64,000 nucleotides of DNA from an uncultured Phycisphaerales bacterium (GCA_963718665.1 OY970359.1:1216001-1280000), one strand, 5' to 3'. Shown: positions 50,300 to 59,733, numbered from the stretch's first letter. Program-made: numbers and translations. Notes: a model not told the origin generated them from the sequence alone.

Positions 50300-51145
50300 A
50301 TGAGATACATAACGCTTTTCGCAATGGCGATTATTTTTGCGGGCGGATGCCAACAGACCTACGTGGCCGAAAAAGCCGAAAAGGCGAAGTTGTCCGATGC
50401 CGAATATCGGGAAGTATTCAAAGCCGAACGCCTCGGCGAAGAACTCTATTTTCAGGATACCATCGCCGCGAAGGCCTCGCGTATGCTTTTGCAGACAGTC
50501 GGCCCCATAAAACCCGGCGAACTTTCCGGCTGGATTGTCGTCAAGGATGGCGTAAAAACCCTGACGCGATTTATCAGGCAAACCGGGGAAGATATTAACG
50601 TCATTTACGACGTGCAGCTTGACGTTAAGGGCGATGGTACGGTTACAAAGGATAATCTGAGACCTTTGTCGAAAACAGAAATAGCGATGTTCCACGCCAG
50701 GCGAAACGCAATGCGAGCCGCGCCGAAGGATTGCGCCCGGGCTTACAATACCGCCGTAATGGAGGACATAGATTCAAATGGCTGGCTGGTATATATCCTC
50801 GCAGCCACAAAGGAAAATGTAGTCGTTGTCGGAGGACACAGCCGGGTTAAGGTCTCCGCTGACGGCGATAACGTCCTGTCTGTAACCCCGCTTTATAAAT
50901 CCTGTCTTACCATACCGATACCCGCCGACGGCAACAATGCCAAACAGGAAGCGCTTTATCTTAGTTACCCAGTGGCCGACGTCCCTTCGGAAATCCACGT
51001 ATATCTGAACCGCCTTCACGGTTATCCTGTTTATGTAACCACAACAAGAGGCAACTGGCTGGTGAAGGATGGCAGAATTTTACTTCTCAAACCCCCCGAA
51101 AAAACAAAACCACAGGAAATCAACAAGGCACAGCAGAAAAAATAA
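50300..51145 (+). CDS. Hypothetical lipoprotein
   Basis: MRYITLFAMAIIFAGGC lipobox-like; GGH, PSEIHVY motifs. Confidence 0.75.
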   Translation: MRYITLFAMAIIFAGGCQQTYVAEKAEKAKLSDAEYREVFKAERLGEELYFQDTIAAKASRMLLQTVGPIKPGELSGWIVVKDGVKTLTRFIRQTGEDINVIYDVQLDVKGDGTVTKDNLRPLSKTEIAMFHARRNAMRAAPKDCARAYNTAVMEDIDSNGWLVYILAATKENVVVVGGHSRVKVSADGDNVLSVTPLYKSCLTIPIPADGNNAKQEALYLSYPVADVPSEIHVYLNRLHGYPVYVTTTRGNWLVKDGRILLLKPPEKTKPQEINKAQQKK

Positions 51146-51175
51146 ACCGCCTTGTGGTTATCGCTGCCGGATAAG

Positions 51176-51244
51176 TCATTTCGCCAGGATAAATTTGATT
51201 GAAATCACCAGCATCGCTACGCCGAAAATCCTCGAAAGCATCAC
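51176..51244 (-). pseudogene. 3' fragment of a small TSUP (TauE/SafE) gene
   Basis: VMLSRIFGVAMLVISIKFILAK*, typical final helix of short TSUP proteins. Confidence 0.55.
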
Positions 51245-51319
51245 CCCGATACCGCCAATGGCACACTCACCTTCAACCGCACCATCTCCCTCCGCGACGA
51301 ATGGGCAACGGTACAAAAG
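51245..51319 (+). pseudogene. Diverged copy of the glnS 3' end
   Basis: PDTANGTLTFNRTISLRDEWATVQK vs gln[26 protein letters not shown] (20/25 identical, 50199-50273). Confidence 0.9.
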
Positions 51320-51327
51320 CAGACAAG

Positions 51328-52109
51328 TCATAAAAGCCCCTGATACGCAACCCTGAGACCTGCTAATGTCACTGCGACAGCCAGGAGCTTTATTATCGAT
51401 GCACCCTTGAACCTCTGCGAAATCCTTGCGCCGATTTGAGCTCCTGTTATTACCCCGGCAGCCAGAAATAATACAGTCGGCCACTGCCCCGTCAGATTGC
51501 CCTGATATATATGAGCAATGGTGCCGGCCAGCGTCATTATCGCAAGGGTAAAATGACTCGTGGCAGTGGCGAAATGTACGGGGAAACGGAGCAAATATAC
51601 CATCATAGGCACATGAATAATACCGCCGCCGATACCCAGGATGCTCGAAAATAATCCTACAAGTGTGCTGATTATCATACCAATCTTAATATTATAGGGC
51701 GGAATGGTTGTAGCGTCGGCCTGCTGAAAATTGAGCCGTTTTTCAACTGAGATAAACAGGTATGTCCCTGCAAGTATCATTGTAAGGCCGAAAATTATGT
51801 CAAATGCCTTAATGGGGATATAATTAATCACTATTGCACCGATTATAGCCCCTGGTATCGCCGCAATTGCGAATAACGACCCTGCCCTGTAATTGATTCG
51901 CTTCATCCTTGCATAAGCGATGCTGCCTGAAACGGCGTTAGCGCAAATTATCGCCAGCGAAACGGCTGTAAGCACAGCGGGGTCCGCGTCTCTATAAAAA
52001 ATCAGAAATGCCGGCATTAGCAGGAAACCACCCCCGGCTCCAATTAATGTCCCCAGTGCCCCGACTAACACGCCGAAAATATTAATCCGATTATTACTTC
52101 AGGTCCCAT
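51328..52109 (-). CDS. Sulfite exporter TauE/SafE (TSUP) family, possible 5' frameshift
   Basis: GAGGG..P and GIGGGIIHVP repeats, ATATS; open from GTG 52071, ATG 52109 is out of frame by one base. Confidence 0.85.
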
Positions 52110-52188
52110 TACCGAACAGTTCGACTAATTTCGCTTCAATTGATTTGCTCTCACAAAACGCCTGTCCCACGAGGACGGCTCCCGCCCC
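52099..52188 (-). pseudogene. Diverged copy of the trpC 3' end
   Basis: GAGAVLVGQAFCESKSIEAKLVELFG vs trpC GVSAVLIGQTLCESRDIAARFKELFD (14/26 identical). Confidence 0.85.
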
Positions 52189-52255
52189 CGATACCCAAAA
52201 GCCCGCTCAGAATTCCCGCAACCAATCCGAACACCAAGTAAAGAGCTATCGCCAT
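52181..52255 (-). pseudogene. 5' fragment of a small TSUP gene
   Basis: AAGGA RBS then MAIALYLVFGLVAGILSGLLGIGGG; reading stops at 52151 inside the trpC remnant. Confidence 0.8.
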
Positions 52256-52286
52256 TTTATTCATCCTTATAAATCGATTTTAATAC

Positions 52287-53429
52287 TCACTTGACCAAAA
52301 GCACGATAAGGTCAATTATAAAAAGCAGCACAATCGTTACCTCAAGCACAAACATCACCGTGTTAAACCTGTTTTGAAGCAGAATCTGGTAGAGGCCGTC
52401 GAGCGTCCTGGTTTTTTCCCCGATTATACGCTGCCAGTCGCCGAGGTGGAACCTGTCCATAAGATTCCTGTGCGTCTTCGCAAGGTGCCAGTCGCCGAAA
52501 AATTTCGTTATGTTCGACAGCTCATCGCTTATTCTCGCAAGGTCAATACGAAGCTCGCGCAGATTATGCAGCATTTTGCGGGTGGAACCGGCTGCTTCTT
52601 TATTCATATCGCTGTAAGCAAACTGAAGCGCCTCATCCAGCGTCCTGTCATAAGCCGCAAGCTCGACTAACTGCACGTTTGCAAGCTCCATTATGTGCAG
52701 AACGTCGTCTAAGGAATCCTGCTGCCCCACCACAACCGCCGAATCCCAGTCAACCACAACAAGGTCGTCCCCGTAATAGCTCAGGTATAATTCCGTCGAT
52801 TCACTGACCTCCTGCTCTGATAACGATTCGGCGTTTTCCTCCTGCATAAGCAGCGCCGCCACTCGCCTTCTGTTGGCCTTCAGCCAGTCCTCTGCGCGAA
52901 CCCCCTGCCCTTCCACCCCAGGCAGTCCTGCCAAGCAAAACACCGTATATGCTTCCGCCTGCATCAGCGCAGCCACTGGTCGAACACAGTAAGGCGCAAG
53001 GTCCTTTCTAACGCTTTCAGCAAACTCCGCCACCTCTTCCTCAAGACCCCGCTGGGCGAATTTCAAATCGTGATAACCCACAAGGTCCTCCAGCCGGTTA
53101 ACCTCAAACGGCACTCGAACCTGGACGGTCATTGCGCCGACGCCGAAAATTTTAACGCTTTTCCTGATTTCAAGCGATTCTCCGCTGCGAAGCTGGCGCT
53201 TCTCAGGAGCAAACTCGGCTATTCTCGGCCGGTAGAAAAACATCTGCTTTGGAATTCGTTTGCTGGGGCCGACTAAGTAATCCCTTGTCGGCTGGTTTAA
53301 AATTTTCTCCACCGGCTCATTTTTAATATCGTATGCTATGTCATAAGCATAGACATAGACCACCTCGCCGTGATACGGCAAACCTTGCCCCTGCGCACTA
53401 CCGGCTTTTTTCTCGTTTTTTATCTCCAT
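52287..53429 (-). CDS. Hypothetical protein with C-terminal TM helix (RMD1/DUF155-like)
   Basis: Long ORF, helical C-terminal half ending LEVTIVLLFIIDLI. Confidence 0.7.
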   Translation of the reverse strand: MEIKNEKKAGSAQGQGLPYHGEVVYVYAYDIAYDIKNEPVEKILNQPTRDYLVGPSKRIPKQMFFYRPRIAEFAPEKRQLRSGESLEIRKSVKIFGVGAMTVQVRVPFEVNRLEDLVGYHDLKFAQRGLEEEVAEFAESVRKDLAPYCVRPVAALMQAEAYTVFCLAGLPGVEGQGVRAEDWLKANRRRVAALLMQEENAESLSEQEVSESTELYLSYYGDDLVVVDWDSAVVVGQQDSLDDVLHIMELANVQLVELAAYDRTLDEALQFAYSDMNKEAAGSTRKMLHNLRELRIDLARISDELSNITKFFGDWHLAKTHRNLMDRFHLGDWQRIIGEKTRTLDGLYQILLQNRFNTVMFVLEVTIVLLFIIDLIVLLVK

Positions 53430-53430
53430 T

Positions 53431-54231
53431 TCAGTCAAACAGCTCTTTGAACCTGGCGGCTATGTCTCTGCTTTCGCAAAGCGTCTGTCCAATCAGCACC
53501 GCGCTTACGCCCGCCGATTTCAATTTTTCAACGTCAGCCCTCGTCTTGATTCCGCTCTCGGCCACCAAATCGACCTTGTTATCCAGCAGGCCCGCAAGAC
53601 GCAGCGTCGTATTCAAATCCACCTGCATTGTCGCCAGGTCCCGGTTGTTTATCCCCAGAACACTGTAGCCCTTTCTCGGAAAGCCGACCATACTTCGCAC
53701 ACCCAAAAGCGAATCCGCGTCGTGAATTTCCAGCAGCACCGTCAGCGTCAGCTCTGCCGCGGCTATCATCAAATCCGCAAGCTCCGCCGGCTTCAACGCC
53801 TCCGCTATCAGCAGTATCGCGTCCGCCCCCGCCACCCGCGACTCATAAACCTGCCAGATATCGATGATAAAATCCTTGCGCAAAATCGGCAAATCCACCG
53901 CGTGCTTCACCTGGTCGATATATTCGAGCTTGCCCTGAAAATACTTCTCGTCCGTTAAAACGCTGATGGCGTCCGCCCCGCATTTCGCGTATGCCTTTGC
54001 GATTGTCACTGGCGCAAAGTCCCTGCATATCACCCCCGCCGACGGCGACGCCTTTTTTATCTCAGCGATAACATTCAGCCCTCTTTTATTCGTCTTCGTC
54101 ACGGCCTTATAAAAATTCCGGCACTTGTCCAGAATCGAAAGCTGCTCTTTCAGCTCCTCCAAGGGCCGCTGCCTTTTCCGCTTTTCGACTTCTTTCCTCT
54201 TATCCGCGATTATCTGTTCCAATATGGTCAC
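53431..54231 (-). CDS. trpC: Indole-3-glycerol phosphate synthase
   Basis: IAEIKKASPSAG, ISVLTD, LRKDF, GINNRDL, AESGI. Confidence 0.96.
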   Translation of the reverse strand: MTILEQIIADKRKEVEKRKRQRPLEELKEQLSILDKCRNFYKAVTKTNKRGLNVIAEIKKASPSAGVICRDFAPVTIAKAYAKCGADAISVLTDEKYFQGKLEYIDQVKHAVDLPILRKDFIIDIWQVYESRVAGADAILLIAEALKPAELADLMIAAAELTLTVLLEIHDADSLLGVRSMVGFPRKGYSVLGINNRDLATMQVDLNTTLRLAGLLDNKVDLVAESGIKTRADVEKLKSAGVSAVLIGQTLCESRDIAARFKELFD

Positions 54232-54257
54232 GAATGTCCCTTTGCGCTTTTTACTCG

Positions 54258-54659
54258 CTAATTTCCGGTTTGACTTGCAACCTTGACATATACCATACGA
54301 AGCTCATTAAGCGCGCTCGTTATGGCCTGCTGCTCCTCGTCGTTAAGATTGCCCTTGGTCTTCGCTTCGAGCATCCCTAGCATATCGATATTATACTTGG
54401 CAAGCGCAAGGTCTGGCGCACGTTTCTCCTGTCCCTTCACCTGGATAAACCCAAGCGAAAAAAGCGTCTGAGTGAAAAGCATGCTCACCAAAGCCGCGAA
54501 ATCCCCTTCAGGCAGCGCACCCTGGCGCCCGCCCTCTTCGGCTTCCTGCTTTTGCGACTCCTCATCCGCCGCCAGCACTTCCTTTTCCTTCTTGGCCTGC
54601 TGCTTCCAGTCCTCATCGATAAATATCTTCTTCTCGTCTTTTTTCTCGTTCTCAGCCAT
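54258..54659 (-). CDS. DUF1844 domain protein
   Basis: IDEDWK, AKYNIDMLGML..KTKGNL, ELRMVYV. Confidence 0.85.
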   Translation of the reverse strand: MAENEKKDEKKIFIDEDWKQQAKKEKEVLAADEESQKQEAEEGGRQGALPEGDFAALVSMLFTQTLFSLGFIQVKGQEKRAPDLALAKYNIDMLGMLEAKTKGNLNDEEQQAITSALNELRMVYVKVASQTGN

Positions 54660-54679
54660 AACCTGTTCGCTCCTTATTT

Positions 54680-55165
54680 TTAGCGACGAAACTTTTTCAT
54701 CCGTTTGTCAATGTCCCTTTTCTGTTCGCGTTCAGCTATCGCCTGGCGTTTGTCATATTGCCTTTTGCCTCGCGCAAGCGCAACTTCCGTTTTCGCCAGG
54801 CCCTTTTGATTGAAATATATCCGCAAAGGCACAAGCGTATAGCCGCGCTGTTCGAGTTTCGTGTAAATCTTGCGAATCTCATGCTTGTGCATCAGCAGTT
54901 TTCTTTTCCGCGTCGGGTTGTGACCGGTTAAACCCGTTATCTGGTATTGCGAAATTTTCGCGCCCACCAGCCAGCATTCCCCGTTCACGATTCTCGCGTA
55001 TGAGCCGCTCAGGTCCGCCTGCCCTGTGCGCAGCGACTTCACCTCGCTGCCCAAAAGCTCCATCCCCGCTTCGAACTTGTCTTCTATCTCGAAGTTATGC
55101 CATGCCTTTTTGTTGACCGCGACCGAAATGGCCGCCGCGTCTTTTTTCTGGGATTTTGCGGACAT
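54680..55165 (-). CDS. smpB: SsrA-binding protein
   Basis: NKKAWHNF, EAGMELLGSEVKSLR, RKLLMH, GKRQYDKR. Confidence 0.97.
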   Translation of the reverse strand: MSAKSQKKDAAAISVAVNKKAWHNFEIEDKFEAGMELLGSEVKSLRTGQADLSGSYARIVNGECWLVGAKISQYQITGLTGHNPTRKRKLLMHKHEIRKIYTKLEQRGYTLVPLRIYFNQKGLAKTEVALARGKRQYDKRQAIAEREQKRDIDKRMKKFRR

Positions 55166-55166
55166 T

Positions 55167-55241
55167 TTTACCCCGTGAGATATGCTCTTATTGGCAAATC
55201 AGGACCATCCTGTTCTTCTTCAAATTATCTCACGGGGTAAA
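55167..55241. repeat. Inverted-repeat element (CCCGTGAGATA family), copy 2
   Basis: Perfect 16-bp IR TTTACCCCGTGAGATA / TATCTCACGGGGTAAA with 43-nt spacer. Confidence 0.8.
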
Positions 55242-55385
55242 TAATAGCCGCCTTGGCCCATTTTTGCAAGGTCAACGGTTACCGGAAAGAAAATGAGGTC
55301 TTCGGCAACCGAGAAAAACAGTGTAAATCCGCAACTTGTTATTTTTGCCTTTTTACTTTTAACTTTTTACTTTTTTCTCTGTGAC

Positions 55386-55407
55386 CTCTGTGTCCTCTGT
55401 GGCTAAA
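55386..55407 (-). repeat. Dispersed 22-bp repeat, copy 3
   Basis: Reverse complement identical to 11343-11364. Confidence 0.85.
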
Positions 55408-55426
55408 CAAAAATATTCTCTGTGGC

Positions 55427-57886
55427 TTACATCGACGCCTTGCGATTCTCCTGGCAGAACTTGCCCATCAGCATCATCGCCTTATTAGTCGCCTCCGCCG
55501 AGCCGTCCATCTTCGCAAACGCATCCACCAGCGCAACCAAATCCGGGTCCGCCGGCACTCGCCCATAATGATGAGCCACGTTTACTATCCCCGCGTCAAG
55601 CCCGTATTCCATCGCCTTTGCCACGTAAGCCCTGCAAACGCCAATCCTCCGCCCCGGCAAATCGCGAACCGAATTACTGATGCCCAGCGAGCAATGCACG
55701 CCTTTCATCGCCGAATCGCTCTTTATTTTCTTGATTGCCTCGAATGCCCGGTACGTATATCCCGGCACCCCCGGCTCCATCGGCATATCTATCGCCAGCG
55801 GGAAAACCGTCGAATCGAAGAAAATCTCCTCCGGCTTAAACCCATACTGCCCCACCGCCTTCTCGTAAATCCTCTTCGCCAGCGAATACAATTCTTCCAT
55901 CGAATGTGACCCGCCCGGCCCCGTCGGCTTGTCCTCCGTCATCAATAACCCGATGAACGCGTAATCGTAATCCCTCTTCAGCGGGAAAAATTTATCCATC
56001 GTGTAAATCTTCACCGAATTTATAAGCGGCTGCTTCACCACCTCATCCGTGTCATACCACTCCTTCACCGCCGCGATGAGCACGTCGTTGTTGCCGCTGT
56101 CGATGCAGATGGGTACACCATCGCTCCACTTTCGCACTAACTTCACGTATTCGCACATCATATTCACCGCAACCTGCTGGTCATCCTCGCCGAATGCGTC
56201 AACGTTCACCGCGATATAATCCGCCCCGTCGTTCGCCTGCGATTCAATCAGCGCCCTGATATAATTCAAAGGCCCGCTCGGCTTGGTATATGCATCAGGC
56301 CCTAATTCCGCTAATTGTTTCATTATCTGCCCCGTCTTCGGTATCGAGGCGTGAACCGATTCGCCAATCGAAATCAGCGCGTTCTTCATCGTATGGTCCT
56401 TCCCGAACAAATAATTCAGAATCGACGCTGTCTTCTCCAGTGCCTTTATCCTCGGCTTATTGATTGTTCGTTTGAGTTTCGTAATGCCAAATTTTTCAGA
56501 TGCCGCTGCGTCGTAAATCAATTCCCCGATGCAAACTCGCTCCAGATTATTTCCGCACTTCCCATCGGCCGTCGCGTCCCCGCACGGCGCGTTTGCGAGC
56601 CCCTTTTCGCATCCCCCCATCGTGCAAAGCCCGAAATTCTCAGGCAAGTAACAATCCCCGCACCCCTCGCAGTCAAATATCAAATACTTGAGCGCACTCT
56701 CATTGGCGTGGAATAATTTATATATCGCGCCTTCCCCTTTTTCCGTCCCCAGCGCAGCCATCGTGCCCCTGAACATCTTAAACCCGCGATAATCAGGATT
56801 CAAAATCGCCCTGTGCATAAAGTTGAAAAACTTATGATTAAACGTCGCCTTCGGCTTCGACAAAGTTCTCTCTCGACCGCTATCATCATAAAGATAAAAC
56901 GCCCTCTTCGCGGGAAAGCACAGATTGTCCTTGTATTGTCCCCACCCGTCGCCAATCTCCGCCGCCCTCTTCAAAATCCCAGCGAACGTCTCAAAATTAC
57001 TCACGCCCCCGATATCCACCCCCGCCGCGCCAATCGCCTTATACATCGCCACCTGCTGCGCCGCCCGCTCGATATGCTGCGACAAATTCTCCGAATACAG
57101 CTTCGCCAGAAACTCATCGCTCACAAAACACCCCGTCAGTTTCGCGTCGTGCATCAACCTCGGCGCCGCCGTCGTTGTGCTCAAAAGAAAAACATTGCCG
57201 AATACGGGGATATTTATTTTATGATTATCTAAGTATTTGAACAGCTCCTGCGATTTCTTCCAGTCCCAGCCGACCTGCGTAATCAAAAATTTCGCCCCGC
57301 ACGCAATCTTCTTCTCCATCTTGTAATATTGCTGCATCTGCGATTGCTCTGTGTATTTGAATGGTGACACCGCCGCACCAGGGAAAAACTGGTGCACCTT
57401 TCCCAAATCCGCCGGCTTCGCCTTTAGATACCCCTCGTTGTTCATATCCCTGATGACCTGCAGCAATCCAATCGAATCCAAGTCGAAAACGCCCGTCGCT
57501 AAAATCGGCTTATCGCCCGTAAGAATCAGCACGCTCTCAACGCCCGAATCTCTCAGCCCCACAAGCGACGTAACAAGCGAATTGGCGTTCTGGTCCTTGC
57601 ACGAAATATGCGGCACACAATCCAAATCGCCCAGCAGACCTTCGGCGTTCAACCTGTCAATCGCGTGCCCCGGGTCGATATTTGCCACCCCGCCCGGATT
57701 CTGCGGCAGCATTATCCCTGCGAAATCGAACCCCGCCGGTATCGAATCAGGGCCTGCTTTCTTGTAAGCCGACAAAAACTTCCCTATCGGCCCAAAGTCA
57801 AAATTCGGCCCGCCCGTAAGCTCCGCTACCACTACGAAACCGGATTTGCTTTCCAGCCGTTCGCTTATCCTTTTCCGCTGCCCCAT
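55427..57886 (-). CDS. Methylenetetrahydrofolate reductase (MetF) + Cys-rich MetV-like + pterin-binding methyltransferase fusion
   Basis: PHISCKDQN, LILTGD, KKIACGAKFLITQ; CEGCGDC...C...CEKGLANAPCG...C...C; IGES, IDS, INSV, FFD, GISN. Confidence 0.85.
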   Translation of the reverse strand: MGQRKRISERLESKSGFVVVAELTGGPNFDFGPIGKFLSAYKKAGPDSIPAGFDFAGIMLPQNPGGVANIDPGHAIDRLNAEGLLGDLDCVPHISCKDQNANSLVTSLVGLRDSGVESVLILTGDKPILATGVFDLDSIGLLQVIRDMNNEGYLKAKPADLGKVHQFFPGAAVSPFKYTEQSQMQQYYKMEKKIACGAKFLITQVGWDWKKSQELFKYLDNHKINIPVFGNVFLLSTTTAAPRLMHDAKLTGCFVSDEFLAKLYSENLSQHIERAAQQVAMYKAIGAAGVDIGGVSNFETFAGILKRAAEIGDGWGQYKDNLCFPAKRAFYLYDDSGRERTLSKPKATFNHKFFNFMHRAILNPDYRGFKMFRGTMAALGTEKGEGAIYKLFHANESALKYLIFDCEGCGDCYLPENFGLCTMGGCEKGLANAPCGDATADGKCGNNLERVCIGELIYDAAASEKFGITKLKRTINKPRIKALEKTASILNYLFGKDHTMKNALISIGESVHASIPKTGQIMKQLAELGPDAYTKPSGPLNYIRALIESQANDGADYIAVNVDAFGEDDQQVAVNMMCEYVKLVRKWSDGVPICIDSGNNDVLIAAVKEWYDTDEVVKQPLINSVKIYTMDKFFPLKRDYDYAFIGLLMTEDKPTGPGGSHSMEELYSLAKRIYEKAVGQYGFKPEEIFFDSTVFPLAIDMPMEPGVPGYTYRAFEAIKKIKSDSAMKGVHCSLGISNSVRDLPGRRIGVCRAYVAKAMEYGLDAGIVNVAHHYGRVPADPDLVALVDAFAKMDGSAEATNKAMMLMGKFCQENRKASM

Positions 57887-58033
57887 TTATCATTCCTAAT
57901 AAATGCGCTATTCGTGTTCTTTTCGTTATATATATATTACGTCTCGACACAAAAATGGTGTCTTAAAACACCACCATTATAACTGTATGATGATAAATTA
58001 CCACTCCGTTCGGGCGTCTTGATTCGGGGTCCT

Positions 58034-58070
58034 CTTATTCCGATTTAGCCCCGGCCCCGCGCGGCCGGGG
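58034..58070. repeat. REP-like palindrome, left of transposase
   Basis: CTTATTCCGATTTAGCCCCGGCCCCGCGCGGCCGGGG; CCCCGGCC/GGCCGGGG stem. Confidence 0.8.
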
Positions 58071-58074
58071 TTTC

Positions 58075-58527
58075 TTAAGTTTCTTGTCCTTCAACGTACT
58101 TGATTCTGTTTTTCAGTGCCGCCTCATCAAAACAAAACCTGCTATCGTAACTTCTTGTCCAAACTTTTCCTTTGAACCCTCTCTCTCGTAGTGCATAGTA
58201 TGCTGCTGTCTTGAATCGATTTACAACCTTATCTGCCGGCTTGCCGCCTTCTTTGATAACTATATGTACGTGGCTGCTCCAGACCGATAATGCGAGTATC
58301 GTTTCCCCGATTCTCTCCGCCTCTTGAAGTATTGCCGTTCTCGCAATCTCACGTTCTCGTTTTCTCAGCCTGACCTCATCCCCTTTTATCGCCTTCTTAT
58401 TGGCTTGTTCTAATTCCTCACATCCCTCAAGTGTTTCCCCGTCCTTTACAAATCCTCTTTTGTCTCCTTGTAACCAGGTGCCATACGTTGTGAATGTCAC
58501 CATATATCCGAGAGTATTACCCATCAA
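58075..58527 (-). mobile_element. Y1 HUH transposase (IS200/RAYT-like)
   Basis: YMVTFTTYGTWL, HVH, W-x-R-S-Y, C-terminal YV..Q; flanked by REP-like direct repeats. Confidence 0.85.
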
Positions 58528-58570
58528 CGCTCTTCCTTCTTTGATTTCGATCCCGCGAGGTGGGGATTCC

Positions 58571-58606
58571 CTTATCCTGATTTAGCCCCGGCCCCGCGCG
58601 GCCAGG
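58571..58606. repeat. REP-like palindrome, right of transposase
   Basis: CTTATCCTGATTTAGCCCCGGCCCCGCGCGGCCAGG, direct repeat of 58034-58070. Confidence 0.8.
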
Positions 58607-58608
58607 AT

Positions 58609-58884
58609 TCATTTCCCTTTTTTGCCTGCCGTCCGCAGTGCTGACTTATTTTTCGCCATTTCTAACTGCTTCCCAATAGCACCAATTATTTCCTCATAAT
58701 ACTCCGCTATGCTCCTCGCCTCATGAGCACTTGAGCATTCTTCAATAAAACATGATTCGTCGTTTGTGTATCCCTCTTCCATATATTGTTCGGTGTCTCG
58801 CCAAACCTTCGTCCTTTCACGAAGGCCGTCTAAAATCTGACCAACCATATTATCCGGCAATTTTAATGTAATTTCCTTATCCAT
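58609..58884 (-). CDS. Hypothetical protein
   Basis: 91-aa ORF with GGAGG RBS. Confidence 0.65.
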   Translation of the reverse strand: MDKEITLKLPDNMVGQILDGLRERTKVWRDTEQYMEEGYTNDESCFIEECSSAHEARSIAEYYEEIIGAIGKQLEMAKNKSALRTAGKKGK

Positions 58885-58897
58885 TTTTGTCCTCCGA

Positions 58898-59662
58898 TTA
58901 TTGCAAAAATATCTTTTCTCTATGATACGCCAACGCTATTGGGTCTGGCCCAAATCTGTCTGGCAGATTAATCCTCTCGCCTTCAATTTCTAACAGACCG
59001 ATACGATGTAGTTTTGAAGCATTAGGCGTCTTAATTTCTCGTGACACGGCTATCTTAAAATCTTCACAAATCGTTATCAAACCCCGGTCAAAAGCCCTAT
59101 CGTGCAATGCACAAAGGCATATTCCATTCCGTGGGTCCGCCCTGCGTTGTTTGTTCGCGGCCCAAGGGATAATGTGACTCGCATTTAACATCACTGGCAG
59201 GGACATTCTGCATAAGGCACAATTAAAATTGTAACTTGCCAATACCGTGTCTCTGAAAAACCGTTGCACGAGTCGAACCTTTACGCTCCTTTCAACTTCT
59301 GTAACCGAAGGTTCCGAAAAATCAAGAATCTCTTCTTGTTCCAATGTCTTGCTCAATTGTTGAACAACACGTTGACTTTCGCTTGCCAAACCCTGCCAGT
59401 CCTCGTGAAATTCCTTCCAAATATATTCATCCTGTTTACTGCCATGCTGCAACCCTTTAACATTGCGGAGCCGATGCGTAGGGTCTAAACTTGCGAAGTT
59501 CACCATTTTCATAGCGACCGCACTGGGCGTTCGGCCTATCTTGTTTGCCAATTCTATTATCATCGGGTTGGATTTATGAATGCGGCCAAAAGGCGTTCTA
59601 CAGTAAAGGTTGAACGCTACGATTAGCTCGTTCCTCGTCCATTTCTCTCGTGTCGGCGTCAT
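58898..59662 (-). CDS. HNH endonuclease (putative restriction-type)
   Basis: GRTPSAVAMK N-domain; QRFFR..VL..Y..CALC, ASHIIPW, NGICLCALHDRAFDRG. Confidence 0.88.
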   Translation of the reverse strand: MTPTREKWTRNELIVAFNLYCRTPFGRIHKSNPMIIELANKIGRTPSAVAMKMVNFASLDPTHRLRNVKGLQHGSKQDEYIWKEFHEDWQGLASESQRVVQQLSKTLEQEEILDFSEPSVTEVERSVKVRLVQRFFRDTVLASYNFNCALCRMSLPVMLNASHIIPWAANKQRRADPRNGICLCALHDRAFDRGLITICEDFKIAVSREIKTPNASKLHRIGLLEIEGERINLPDRFGPDPIALAYHREKIFLQ

Positions 59663-59733
59663 TTCCTCTAACCTCTCAAAACTCAATCTGTTTCCGTGTT
59701 TTTGTTAAGATAGCATTTTCGGTTCGTAAGTCC

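Noticed and set aside
51222..51242. PKILESI resembling glnS PKSLEIL
   Set aside because: Better explained as the antisense of the TSUP-A 3' fragment
57887..58030. SAM or cobalamin riboswitch upstream of the MetF fusion
   Set aside because: No recognisable core motifs
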